Shown here one piece after another: positions 1 to 9,850 of a DNA stretch of 49,131 bases (position 1 is its first letter; each line of letters opens with the position of its first letter). Both the position numbers and the translations under genes were made by a program. The notes below the pieces were generated by a model. The model did no database searches. It was given only the letters and a program-made list of their open reading frames with translations, and was not told the DNA's origin. This DNA is from a virus (taxonomy: Duplodnaviria > Caudoviricetes), in IMG/VR virus record IMGVR_UViG_3300029775_000339, positions 1 to 49,131 of that record. One strand, 5' to 3'.

Positions 1-77
1 TTTTTTGTTAAATAGCACAATTATTTTTAAATTTATTGTAATTTTTATATTACTGTTTTGTTAAGTTGACGACATTG
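1..77 (+). mobile_element. Right end of an IS4-family insertion sequence (partial; same element as 22457-23982)
   Basis: Bases 1-77 match the last 77 bp of the complete IS (23906-23982) and end in the terminal inverted repeat TTAAGTTGACGACATTG (61-77). Confidence 0.95.
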
Positions 78-2640
78 TAAGTACGCAGCCCATGTAAGAG
101 AAAATTTGGGATATTTTATTGCGTATGAAAATCTTTTTTCAACTTGGCTTAACAAAGGTAACGATTTTGACATATCCAATGTTAGGGATGCATTATCTGC
201 TTATGACCGTAACATTGATGATGTATATAGAAAAGTGTTTGAGAAAATTTTCAATACATTGCAGACAGGGTTATCTAAGCTTGGAGAAACTGCACAAGCA
301 CAAACAAAAGCTGTAAAAAGTCTTCTTAAATTGATAAGAAAAATTCCTATGGATGGAAAGCAGGACTATGATATTCTTGGCTTTATTTATGAATATCTGA
401 TTAGTATGTTTGCTGCCAACGCAGGTAAAAAAGCAGGAGAATTCTACACTCCGCATGAAGTTTCTGTTCTAATGTCAGAAATCATTGCAGAGCATTTGAA
501 AAATAGAAATCAAATTAAGATATATGACCCTACATCTGGGTCGGGTTCGTTATTGATAAATATCGGTAATTCCGTTGCAAAATTTATCGAAGGAGAAAAT
601 AAGATAGATTATTATGCACAGGAACTTAAGGAAAATACTTACAACCTCACAAGAATGAACTTGGTTATGCGAGGGATTAGCCCCGCAAATATTAATGTAA
701 GAAATGGTGATACGTTAGAGGATGACTGGCCATTTTTTGAGGATACAGATAAGGATAAGACATACAAATTGATACGTGTGGATGCTGTCGTTTCGAATCC
801 ACCTTACTCTCAAAAGTGGGACCCTTCGAATAAAGAATTTGAAGCTCGTTACAAAAACTATGGTATTGCACCAAAGAGTAAAGCTGATTATGCATTTTTA
901 TTGCATGATCTGTATCATCTAGAAGACGATGGTATCATGACAATTGTTCTTCCACATGGTGTACTTTTTAGAGGTGGAGATGAAGGTAAAATCAGAGAGA
1001 ATCTTATAGAAAAGAACAACATAGATGCCATTATAGGATTGCCACCAAATATTTTCTTTGGTACCGGTATTCCTACTATCATCATGGTTCTTAAAAGAAA
1101 TCGCCCTACTTCAGACGTGTTGATTATAGATGCATCTAAAGGGTTTGAGAAAGCTGGAAAGAATAATGTATTGAGAGCACGTGACATTAAAAAAATTGCT
1201 GACGTTGTTAAGAGCAGAGAATCCATTGAAGAGTATTCTGCACTTGTTTCTAAGGAAACCATTCGAGAAAATGGTTATAACCTTAATATCCCTCGTTATG
1301 TTAATTCATTAGAACCTGCAGAGAGTTGGGATATTCATGCGACTATGTTTGGTGGAATACCTGTAAAGGAAGTAGACCAACTCTTTGAGTATTGGGAGGC
1401 TTTCCCAAAACTCAGAGATGCAATTTTTCAGAAAATGTCTAATGAATATTTGGCTGTGAAATGCGATGATATTAAAGCGGCTATTACCTCTCATGAGTCA
1501 TTGAAAAACTACAAGCAGGCATTCTCAAATGAATTTAGTGATTTTTATAAAAAACTTAAAAATGATTTGATTGAAGAAATTCTTGATGTGTCTGCTGAGA
1601 ATGAGAAAGAAAAGGTAAGTGTGGATATTTTTGCAAGAATAGAAAATGTGAAACTTGCTGACAAGTACAAAGCATATCAGATACTTTCGGATAATTGGGA
1701 TGTGATTTCTACAGATTTGGAAATGATTCAGTCAGAAGGGTTTGAGGTTATCAATCAAGTAGACCCTAATATGGTTGCAAAAAAGAAGGAAGCTAACGAT
1801 GACGAGATTCCAGAGGTACAAGATGGATGGAAGGGTCATATACTACCTTTTGATTTAGTTCAAAGAGAGATTCTTACCGAAGATTTAGAAGAACTTCAGG
1901 CAATAGAAAAAAGATTAATTGAAATCACTTCTTTGTATGCTGAAATTATCGATTCGCTTGATGCAGAAGAAAGAGAAAGCAATGTATTGAATGACACAAA
2001 CGATGCTTTTGTAGCAAAGGAAGTTAAGAGTTTTGTTGCAGAAGCCCTCAGTGATGTGGAAAATGATGAAATTAAAATATTAAGAGGGTATCTAAGTCTT
2101 TCAAAGAAAAAAGAAAAGCTAGATTATATAAATAAATGTGATACAGTTTCGTGGGATTTAATGGAACAAGGTTCAGATGGGACATATAAGAAAGGCTCTG
2201 TTACTAGTAGAATAAGCGAATTACAAAGAACATATGAATTCCCGGAAGATTCCTTTGAATACAAAGTGATGACTGTATTATCTCTTATGGAAGAAGAAAG
2301 CCAGGCTAAAAAAGATCTAAAACAGAAATGGGAAGCCCTCCATATTAAGACCAAAGAAACCATTGAAAATCTTGATGAGGACGCATCTTTGCGTTTGCTG
2401 GAATTAAAATGGATAAAGCCATTAGTAGATTCTCTTTTTGCTATTCCAGATGAAATTATTGGAGAACTGATTAATAAAGTAATTCATCTAAACGAAAAAT
2501 ATTACATTACGTTTTCTGATATTGAAAATCAAATCGAAAACACAAGTGAAGTATTATCAAATATGATTGACGAGCTTGTTGGCAACGATTATGACACTAA
2601 AGGATTAGCAGAATTAAAGAAGATTTTGGGGGTACAGTGA
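78..2640 (+). pseudogene. hsdM: Type I R-M methyltransferase subunit HsdM, 5'-truncated by the IS; long C-terminal extension
   Basis: Motifs GEFYTP, YDPTSGSGSLL (motif I) and NPPY (motif IV). The frame is open from base 79 (KYAAHVRENLGYF...) right at the IS end, with no convincing start or RBS. The usual N-terminal HsdM segment is missing. Confidence 0.88.
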
Positions 2641-3905
2641 TGGCAAAAAAAAGAAAAAAACCTGAAATCAGATTCTCTGGATATGAAACTGAGTGGATTG
2701 AGAAAAAGTTTGATGAGACATTCGATATGCTTTCTAATAATACATTATCCAGAGATGCGTTAAACTATGATGGTGGTGCGGCAAAAAATGTTCATTACGG
2801 TGATGTGTTGGTTAAATTTGGAGAGTATATTGATGTCAATCGTCAGCAACTCCCTTATATCAGTGACGATTCCATTGCACTGAAGTTTATCAAATCATAC
2901 TTGAAAGATGGAGATATTGTCATTGCGGACACAGCAGAAGACGAGTCCGTAGGAAAATGTACGGAAGTAATTGGTATTGAAGATACTCCTGTTATTTCAG
3001 GGTTGCATACTATACCATGCCGTCCAAAACAGAAATATGCACCAAAGTATATGGGGTATTATCTGAATTCAACTGTGTATCATGAACGCTTATTACCTCT
3101 AATGCAGGGGGTAAAGGTTACATCTATTTCAAAGACTGGAATAAAAGATACCGATGTAATCATTTCACAAGAATTTGAGGAACAAGCAAAAATTGGTTAT
3201 TTTTTATCTTCGTTGGATGATAAGATAGGTTTTGAAGTGTCTAAGATTAAAAAACTTACAATTGTAAAAAAATCATTAATGGAAAAAATGTTCCCCCCAA
3301 ATGGTAGCAATGTGCCAGAGATTCGATTTAATGGATTCACTGACCCTTGGGAACAACGTAAGGTTGGAGAAATTCTTGTTGAGCGTAATGAACAATTTCC
3401 TCAAAGCAATGAATACCCACTTATGGCTTTTATTGCAAACGAAGGTGTTGCACCTAAAGGCGATAGATATGATAGAAGTTTTCTTGTTAATGATAGTGAA
3501 AATAAAGCGTACAAAAGAACGGAATTTGGAGATTTTATTTATAGTTCAAATAATCTTGAAACAGGTTCTATTGGACTTAATAAGTATGGGAAAGCCTCAC
3601 TTTCACCAGTTTATAGTATTTTTGAACCAACTGAAAATACAGATTCAGATTTTATTGGGAGAATGCTTGTTAGAAAAGAATTTATCAATGAAATGGTAAA
3701 ATGGAGACAAGGCGTTGTTTATGGACAGTGGCGTATTCATGAATCAGATTTTATAAAAATTAAGGTCTTTGTTCCCAAAATAGAAGAACAGAGGAAAATT
3801 GGAAATTTTCTTGACAGCATAGATAACCTTATAAAGATTCATCAACGTAGGCTTGAAAAGTTAAAGAATATTAAAGCGTCTTGTATGGAAAAAATGTTTG
3901 TTTAA
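2640..3905 (+). CDS. hsdS: Type I R-M specificity subunit HsdS (two TRDs)
   Basis: Repeated conserved segments PEIRFSGY..W / PEIRFNGFTDPWEQRK and EEQAKIG / EEQRKIG...EKMF; overlaps the hsdM stop. Confidence 0.95.
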   Translation: MAKKRKKPEIRFSGYETEWIEKKFDETFDMLSNNTLSRDALNYDGGAAKNVHYGDVLVKFGEYIDVNRQQLPYISDDSIALKFIKSYLKDGDIVIADTAEDESVGKCTEVIGIEDTPVISGLHTIPCRPKQKYAPKYMGYYLNSTVYHERLLPLMQGVKVTSISKTGIKDTDVIISQEFEEQAKIGYFLSSLDDKIGFEVSKIKKLTIVKKSLMEKMFPPNGSNVPEIRFNGFTDPWEQRKVGEILVERNEQFPQSNEYPLMAFIANEGVAPKGDRYDRSFLVNDSENKAYKRTEFGDFIYSSNNLETGSIGLNKYGKASLSPVYSIFEPTENTDSDFIGRMLVRKEFINEMVKWRQGVVYGQWRIHESDFIKIKVFVPKIEEQRKIGNFLDSIDNLIKIHQRRLEKLKNIKASCMEKMFV

Positions 3906-3917
3906 GGGGGGATAGAA

Positions 3918-6900
3918 TTGTATTTTGATAAAGAAACAGATTTTGAAGAGGCTGTCATAAAAGCCTTGATAGAATGTGGCTGGGAGTCAGAAGTAATTCG
4001 ACATCCTTCAGAAAAAGACTTGATAAAGAACTGGGCAGACATTTTGTTTAATAACAATCGGCAGAAAGACCGTTTAAATGAATGCCCATTGACAGACGGA
4101 GAAATGCAGCAGATTATGGAGCAGATTAAACTGCTGCAATCTCCTATCAAATTAAATAGTTTTATTAATGGGAGAAGTGTGTCTATTAAACGAGACAACC
4201 CACATGATAAAGAGCATTTCGGTAAAGAAGTTAGCTTAAAAATTTATGATCGCCAAGAAATTGCTTATGGTGAGAGTAGATATCAAATAGTGCAACAGCC
4301 TCATTTCCCTACAAAGTCGCCTATTCTAAATAATAGGCGTGGAGATTTAATGCTGTTAATAAATGGTATGCCTGTTATTCACATTGAATTAAAAAAGAGT
4401 GGAATACCGGTAAGTGAGGCATACAACCAGATAGAAAAATATTCTCACGAGGGTGTATTTAGGGGATTGTTTTCACTAATTCAAGTCTTCGTTGCAATGC
4501 AACCGGATGAGTCTGTGTATTTCGCAAATCCGGGAGAAGGAATGAAGTTTAATAAAGCATTCTATTTCCATTGGGAGAATTTTAATAATGAGCCGATCAA
4601 TAAGTGGGATGAGGTTATTGCAAAACTACTTAATATTCCTATGGCTCATATGCTTATAGGTTTTTATACCATTGCCGATACTGAAGATGGTGTATTGAAA
4701 GTAATGAGAAGTTATCAGTACTATGCTGCAATAGGTATAGCTGATAAGGTAGCTAAGAAGAATTGGAAAGAAATAAGCCAGTTGGGAGGTCATGTATGGC
4801 ATACTACAGGTTCAGGTAAAACAATGACCAGTTTTAAGTCTGCACAGTTGATTGCCAGTTCACATGATGCAGATAAAGTTATTTTCTTAGTTGACAGAAA
4901 AGAACTAGGAATACAATCCTTAAAGGAATATAGATCCTTTGCAAATGAAACAGAATCTGTACAAGCCACTGAAAATACTGATATTCTCATCTCAAAGCTT
5001 AAAAGTGATGATTTGGATAATACACTGATAGTAACATCAATACAAAAACTGAGTAATATCTCTGAAGAGGCGTTGGCCTTAAATGAAGCTGATTTAAAGA
5101 TAATTCAATCAAAACGAATTGCAATTATAATCGATGAATGTCATCGTTCTACTTTTGGTGAAATGCTAACCACTATTAAGAGTACATTTAAGAATTCAAT
5201 AATTTTCGGATTTACTGGTACTCCTATTCAGGATGTAAATATTAAGAAGGATAGCACAACGCCAACAATCTTTGGTGATGAAATACATCGATATACCTTG
5301 GCAGATGGTATCAGAGATAAAAATGTATTAGGTTTTGACCCATATATGGTAAAAATCTACGATGACTCTGCCCTTAGACAAGCGGTAGCACTTCATAAAG
5401 CCAAGGCAGCTAATGTGGAAGAAGTTATGGGTGACCCTAAAAAAGAAAAGATGTTCTATAAGTACATGGATTCTTCGCAAGTCAAAATGTATGGTGAACA
5501 AGTTGATGGGAAATGGGTTGCTGGCATTGAAGATTTTATACCAAACGAACAGTATCAAACAGATGAATACAGAAACGGCGTAATAGCTGATATCAAGAAG
5601 AAATGGACTATTTATAGCCGAGGCAGAAAGTTCCATGCGATTTTTGCCACAAGTAGTATTCCAGAGGCTGTTGCATATTATCGATTAATGAAAGCGGAAT
5701 TGCCGAGTTTAGCTATTACTGCAATGTTTGATCCTAGCATTGATAACGAAGGTGGCGGGTCGTTGGAAAAAGAAGATGGCATCGTTGAAATGCTTGAAGA
5801 TTATAACGGGAGATTCTCTCAGTCTTTCACTATTCCGACATACGATAAATTTAGAAAAGATGTAAGCTTAAGATTGGCTCATAAAAAACCTTATGAAAGA
5901 ATCAACCAAGACGAGCAAATTGATATTATTATTGTTGTAAATCAAATGCTTACTGGGTTCGATTCTAAATGGGTTAACACGCTGTATTTAGATAAGGTAA
6001 TGGAGTATGAGAATCTGATTCAGGCATTTTCAAGAACCAACAGATTGTTCAATTTTGCGGAGAAACCTTTTGGTATAATTAAATACTACAGGCGACCTAA
6101 TACAATGGAGAAAAACATAGAGGCTGCTGTAAAGGCTTATTCAGGGGACATTCCGTTAGGTTTGTTTGTGGACAAGTTACCAAACAACCTGAGACAGATA
6201 AATTGGTTGTTTGATGAGATGGAATTACTATTTAAGAATGCAGGCATAAGCGACTTTGAGAAGTTACCAGATGAGTCTTCTGTAAAAGCTAAATTTGCAA
6301 AGCAGTTTAAACAATTCTCTACACATTTAGAGGCAGCAACAATACAAGGGTTCACTTGGAGTCAAAATACATATACCGATGAAAACGATGAAAGTATTAT
6401 AATGCACCTAGATGAAATGACATACCTAATCCTACTTACCAGATATAAAGAGTTAGCAAAAGGTGGTGGAGGTGGGGTTCGAAGTGGAGATGTGCCATAT
6501 GAAATCGACACACATATTACGGAGTATGACACAGAAAAAATCGATGCAGACTATATGAATTCAAGGTTTGAGAAATTCTTAAAATTAATACAAAGTGAGT
6601 ATGATGCAGAGTCCTTGGATAAGACATTGAAAGAATTGCACAAATCATTTTCTATGCTATCCCAAGAAGAGCAAAGATATGCCAACATCTTCATTCACGA
6701 TATACAAGCTGGAAATATACAAATTATTCATGGAAAATCATTTAGAGAGTATATTTCAGAAATGATGAAAAGAGCAGAGAATGACAAAATTAAGTTGGTT
6801 ATAAATAGACTTGGTTGTTATGAAAAACTTCTCCGTGAATTGCTTGAAAGAAAAGTAACAAAAGAAACAATAGAAGCTCATGGTAAATTTGAAGAATTAA

Positions 6901-7889
6901 AGACTACTGTAGATGAACAAAAAGCAAGAATATTTTTTATGCAGGTTGAAGGAAATAACTATCAAGAATCTAGACTTGCAATGTATATTGAACAATATTT
7001 AAGACAATTTCTTTTAAGTGGTGGACAGGATCCGTATACTTATCTTTATCCTAATGTTGAATATAACGAAGTTATAAGAGAGAAAAATGAAAACAACGAT
7101 TATACTAGTGTTGGAATTACTTTAACAGAAGAAAAAATGGCAGGAAAATCCGTTATATCTTCTCTTAAGAGTACAACACTGAATAATTGGTATTCAGAAA
7201 GTAAGGCATTAGGTTGTATACTAGAAACAGATTGTTTCGCTTATGTAGAGAACAAGCTGTGCATCTACGATAGCAAATATATTCAACGTGATGATAATGG
7301 AAGATTTTTCCTTACAAATTATGCAAAGGAGCATGGAGAAGAATGCTTCCTTCAATTTGTGATTGACGATGAAACTGGAGAATTGCATTATGTAACATTA
7401 CCTGCAGCTTTGGCGAGCAAATCTTTTAATTATTATGATGAAATAGATGAAGATTTACTTACACAATATGGTCTTGTCAACGAAATGTCGCAAGAAATGC
7501 TAATTGCTATAAATGGAATGGAGTTTGGTGATGCTCTGACTAAGTTGATGAGCAAAAATATATGCAGTTATTCTGTTCGATTATTGAGGGCTACCACTGG
7601 GTTAGATAATAATACTATTAGTAATCTAAGAAAAGGAGCAAACCTCACAAAACTTAATGTTATTTCCACATGTTTGGGTATACATATTCCATTTCGCGTT
7701 AGTAATAAGATGTTACAACTTGCTGAATTATCTTTAAACTCAGAATTGCCGGGGAAAAAAGGTGAAGAAAATAGCATATATGATTCTCTTCTACATTTGA
7801 AATGGGCAACTGATTATGATGATGTCTACGAAGAATTGAAGGATCAAAGCTATGATTATTTGATTCATCAGCCCCCAGTGAAAAAATAA
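3918..7889 (+). CDS. hsdR: Type I R-M restriction subunit HsdR with an extra ~285-aa C-terminal domain ending in an HTH-like region
   Basis: Nuclease motif D..LLINGMP..HIELK, Walker A HTTGSGKT, DECHR, FTGTP, LTGFD and QAFSRTNR. The HsdR-like sequence appears to end near LSGG (~7017-7025) but the ORF continues to 7889. Confidence 0.93.
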   Translation: MYFDKETDFEEAVIKALIECGWESEVIRHPSEKDLIKNWADILFNNNRQKDRLNECPLTDGEMQQIMEQIKLLQSPIKLNSFINGRSVSIKRDNPHDKEHFGKEVSLKIYDRQEIAYGESRYQIVQQPHFPTKSPILNNRRGDLMLLINGMPVIHIELKKSGIPVSEAYNQIEKYSHEGVFRGLFSLIQVFVAMQPDESVYFANPGEGMKFNKAFYFHWENFNNEPINKWDEVIAKLLNIPMAHMLIGFYTIADTEDGVLKVMRSYQYYAAIGIADKVAKKNWKEISQLGGHVWHTTGSGKTMTSFKSAQLIASSHDADKVIFLVDRKELGIQSLKEYRSFANETESVQATENTDILISKLKSDDLDNTLIVTSIQKLSNISEEALALNEADLKIIQSKRIAIIIDECHRSTFGEMLTTIKSTFKNSIIFGFTGTPIQDVNIKKDSTTPTIFGDEIHRYTLADGIRDKNVLGFDPYMVKIYDDSALRQAVALHKAKAANVEEVMGDPKKEKMFYKYMDSSQVKMYGEQVDGKWVAGIEDFIPNEQYQTDEYRNGVIADIKKKWTIYSRGRKFHAIFATSSIPEAVAYYRLMKAELPSLAITAMFDPSIDNEGGGSLEKEDGIVEMLEDYNGRFSQSFTIPTYDKFRKDVSLRLAHKKPYERINQDEQIDIIIVVNQMLTGFDSKWVNTLYLDKVMEYENLIQAFSRTNRLFNFAEKPFGIIKYYRRPNTMEKNIEAAVKAYSGDIPLGLFVDKLPNNLRQINWLFDEMELLFKNAGISDFEKLPDESSVKAKFAKQFKQFSTHLEAATIQGFTWSQNTYTDENDESIIMHLDEMTYLILLTRYKELAKGGGGGVRSGDVPYEIDTHITEYDTEKIDADYMNSRFEKFLKLIQSEYDAESLDKTLKELHKSFSMLSQEEQRYANIFIHDIQAGNIQIIHGKSFREYISEMMKRAENDKIKLVINRLGCYEKLLRELLERKVTKETIEAHGKFEELKTTVDEQKARIFFMQVEGNNYQESRLAMYIEQYLRQFLLSGGQDPYTYLYPNVEYNEVIREKNENNDYTSVGITLTEEKMAGKSVISSLKSTTLNNWYSESKALGCILETDCFAYVENKLCIYDSKYIQRDDNGRFFLTNYAKEHGEECFLQFVIDDETGELHYVTLPAALASKSFNYYDEIDEDLLTQYGLVNEMSQEMLIAINGMEFGDALTKLMSKNICSYSVRLLRATTGLDNNTISNLRKGANLTKLNVISTCLGIHIPFRVSNKMLQLAELSLNSELPGKKGEENSIYDSLLHLKWATDYDDVYEELKDQSYDYLIHQPPVKK

Positions 7890-7898
7890 ATATTCTCT

Positions 7899-7935
7899 AA
7901 AAATAGATCAGACTTGAAGTCTGGTCTATTTTTTT
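7899..7935 (+). terminator. Intrinsic terminator after hsdR
   Basis: Inverted repeat AAAAATAGATCAGACTT-G-AAGTCTGGTCTATTTTT followed by more Ts. Confidence 0.75.
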
Positions 7936-7954
7936 ATGCTCAAAAAAATATTTT

Positions 7955-7974
7955 TGTTGAACTTTGTTCAACGG
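7955..7974. promoter_or_regulatory. Putative operator 1 (GTTGA-N7-TCAAC palindrome)
   Basis: TGTTGAACTTTGTTCAACGG; 17/20 identical to the copy at 8053-8072. Confidence 0.6.
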
Positions 7975-8052
7975 ATATTGGTCGTAAGATGTGCAATTTT
8001 ATAAGAATTTAAGATGTTTTTACGAATAAACCCAGTAGACAGCCATTTTGGC

Positions 8053-8072
8053 TGTTGATGTTTATTCAACGG
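8053..8072. promoter_or_regulatory. Putative operator 2 (GTTGA-N7-TCAAC palindrome)
   Basis: TGTTGATGTTTATTCAACGG; sits at the -35 position relative to a TATTAT hexamer at 8092-8097. Confidence 0.6.
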
Positions 8073-8220
8073 GTAAAAGAAGCAAAGAGAGTATTATTAG
8101 TTTAACAGGAGTAACTTCCTGAAATATACTCTCAATTCCTTGAGATGGCCATTAAAGGTGGTAGTGTGCATTCAATCAGGGAACATCTATTTAGCAATGT
8201 AGACTAAGGAGGTGAACATC

Positions 8221-8361
8221 ATGGCGAAGAACTTAAAGCAGACATCAAAATCAGTTGCTTCACAGGCAAGTAAGATTTTGAAGGATGGTCGTTATAGCAA
8301 TACTGCTAAGTCAGTGGCTGGAAGTGCGTTAGCACAGACCAAAACAAGCAAGAAAAAATAA
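8221..8361 (+). CDS. Small basic protein, 46 aa (MAKNLKQTSKSVASQASKILKDGRYSNTAKSVAGSALAQTKTSKKK); absent from the ORF track
   Basis: Near-perfect RBS AAGGAGGTG just upstream of ATG 8221; clean ORF to TAA at 8359-8361; internal repeat T.KSVA. Confidence 0.8.
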   Translation: MAKNLKQTSKSVASQASKILKDGRYSNTAKSVAGSALAQTKTSKKK

Positions 8362-8452
8362 TCTTGTAAAAACGGTAGATAGTGACGGATTTGAATAATC
8401 AACCTATCTACCTCCCCAAGTGGGGAGAAACAATCAATAAATCAAATATCAC

Positions 8453-8565
8453 AGGCCTGATTAGCTATAGGGGCTGGGATACAAATATTGAAACTGTCAC
8501 TGTGAAAGCAGTGATGGGTGCAATATGAAGTACCCTTTTTTCCTTATGCCCTAATCAGGCCTTTT
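8453..8565 (+). ncRNA. Putative structured cis-regulatory RNA (~110-nt rod-like hairpin)
   Basis: Perfect 12-bp closing stem AGGCCTGATTAG/CTAATCAGGCCT with nested stems ATATTG/CAATAT and CTGTCACTGT-GAAA-GCAGTGATGG. Confidence 0.5.
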
Positions 8566-8648
8566 CAATTGGTGTACTTCATAAGCACGTACCATATTTG
8601 TTCCCTTGCCCCTCTGCAAGAACCAGGCAGAAAGGCAAGGGAATTTTT

Positions 8649-9206
8649 ATGAAAATTCGTAAAACAAGAACAGAAGATCGTGGGGTATACAGATACCCAA
8701 TCAGTGTACCAGATGGCAATGGAGGCTATCATCAAGACAACATTATTATTCGACCAGGAGAAAATGAAATAACCGAAGCCTGGATATCTACACTTCATTC
8801 ATTGGATGACAGTGAGGTTTATTACAACTGTAAAAATGGACATCCACCTATGTCAGCAGACGAAAAAGCTGCAAGAAAAGAATGGGAAGAAGAACATCCA
8901 GGTGAAAAGTACCCAATTGGCTGGAATTTGTCATTAGATTACTACGCAGATTCTGATGACGATTCATCGGATAAGCAGAAGTTCTTAGAAGATACATCAT
9001 TTTCATTTGGAGATAATGTATCGCCAGCAGTAGAACATTTGCATGAACTTGTAGATACCATGACTGACAGACAGCAGGAAGTTTACAAGCTTCTCTTTAT
9101 AGAAGAATGTTCATTAACAGAAACTGCTGAGATTCTTGGCATGAGTGTACCAACCGTTTACAACCATAAAAAACGCATCTTAGAGATTATAAAAAAGAAT
9201 TTCTAA
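8649..9206 (+). CDS. Sigma-70 region 4 domain protein (phage sigma-like regulator)
   Basis: C-terminal MTDRQQEVYKLLFIEECSLTETAEILGMSVPTVYNHKKR is a typical region-4 HTH. I prefer ATG 8649 over the track's TTG 8598. Confidence 0.85.
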   Translation: MKIRKTRTEDRGVYRYPISVPDGNGGYHQDNIIIRPGENEITEAWISTLHSLDDSEVYYNCKNGHPPMSADEKAARKEWEEEHPGEKYPIGWNLSLDYYADSDDDSSDKQKFLEDTSFSFGDNVSPAVEHLHELVDTMTDRQQEVYKLLFIEECSLTETAEILGMSVPTVYNHKKRILEIIKKNF

Positions 9207-9218
9207 AAATATTTCCAA

Positions 9219-9257
9219 GGGGCTAATAAACCGACTGTTTCCTTTGACTGTGACTTG
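9219..9257 (+). promoter_or_regulatory. Candidate element-specific promoter, copy 1 (GGGGCTAA-N16-TTTGACTGTGACTTG)
   Basis: The same bipartite motif with the same spacing recurs at 13899-13937; both copies are intergenic and precede a gene block. Confidence 0.65.
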
Positions 9258-9293
9258 TAAGGGAGATGACCTTACAGAAAGCGAGGTGGTGAT

Positions 9294-9500
9294 ATGGCAT
9301 TGAAACACAAAATCATTATTAATGTCACTGATCCAAGCGGAAAGAAAGCCACTGTTTTAAGAGGTGCAGATATGAGATTGCCTTCGAGAATTGTGAAGTT
9401 CCTTTTTGGAGATTTCACCCAGGTATATCTTCTTGCACCGGGACAGTCGGTTGCATCCGTGGATGTAAAAGAAGTCAAGGAAGGAGGCAATGTTTCATGA
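9294..9500 (+). CDS. Small phage hypothetical protein
   Basis: RBS GAGGTGGTG; first gene of the replication block; overlaps the next start. Confidence 0.75.
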   Translation: MALKHKIIINVTDPSGKKATVLRGADMRLPSRIVKFLFGDFTQVYLLAPGQSVASVDVKEVKEGGNVS

Positions 9501-9850
9501 GTAAGATGAGCGAACTGGCTGCAGAAATTGCAGAACTGAAACACTGTGGCGAAATTCTTATTGGTATTTCAGAATCACTGGCAGATTTATTTTCTGCACC
9601 AGAGGAACATATGGAAAAGCAGACTATAAAAAAGACTGCTGCTAAAAAGGAAGAAAAGCCAAAGAAAACTCCAAAACAGGAAAAAATTTTATCCCTTACG
9701 GATGTTCGTGCAGTTCTTGCTGAGAAATCCCGTAACGGTTATACGGCAGAAGTTAAAGCACTTTTAAATAAGCATGGTGCAGATAAGTTGTCTGAGATTG
9801 ACCCGGCAGAATATTCGGCACTGCTTGCGGATGCGGAGGTAATTGGATGA
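9497..9850 (+). CDS. Phage hypothetical protein of PolA-type replication modules
   Basis: RBS AAGGAGG; C-terminal LTDVRAVLAEKSRNG...VKALLNKHGADKLSEIDP motif that I recall upstream of DUF2800 genes. Confidence 0.8.
   Translation: MSKMSELAAEIAELKHCGEILIGISESLADLFSAPEEHMEKQTIKKTAAKKEEKPKKTPKQEKILSLTDVRAVLAEKSRNGYTAEVKALLNKHGADKLSEIDPAEYSALLADAEVIG

Noticed and set aside
1300-2640. Long C-terminal extension of HsdM as a novel fusion
   Set aside because: To my recollection long HsdM proteins of this kind are a recurrent subfamily; no distinct extra catalytic motif is visible.
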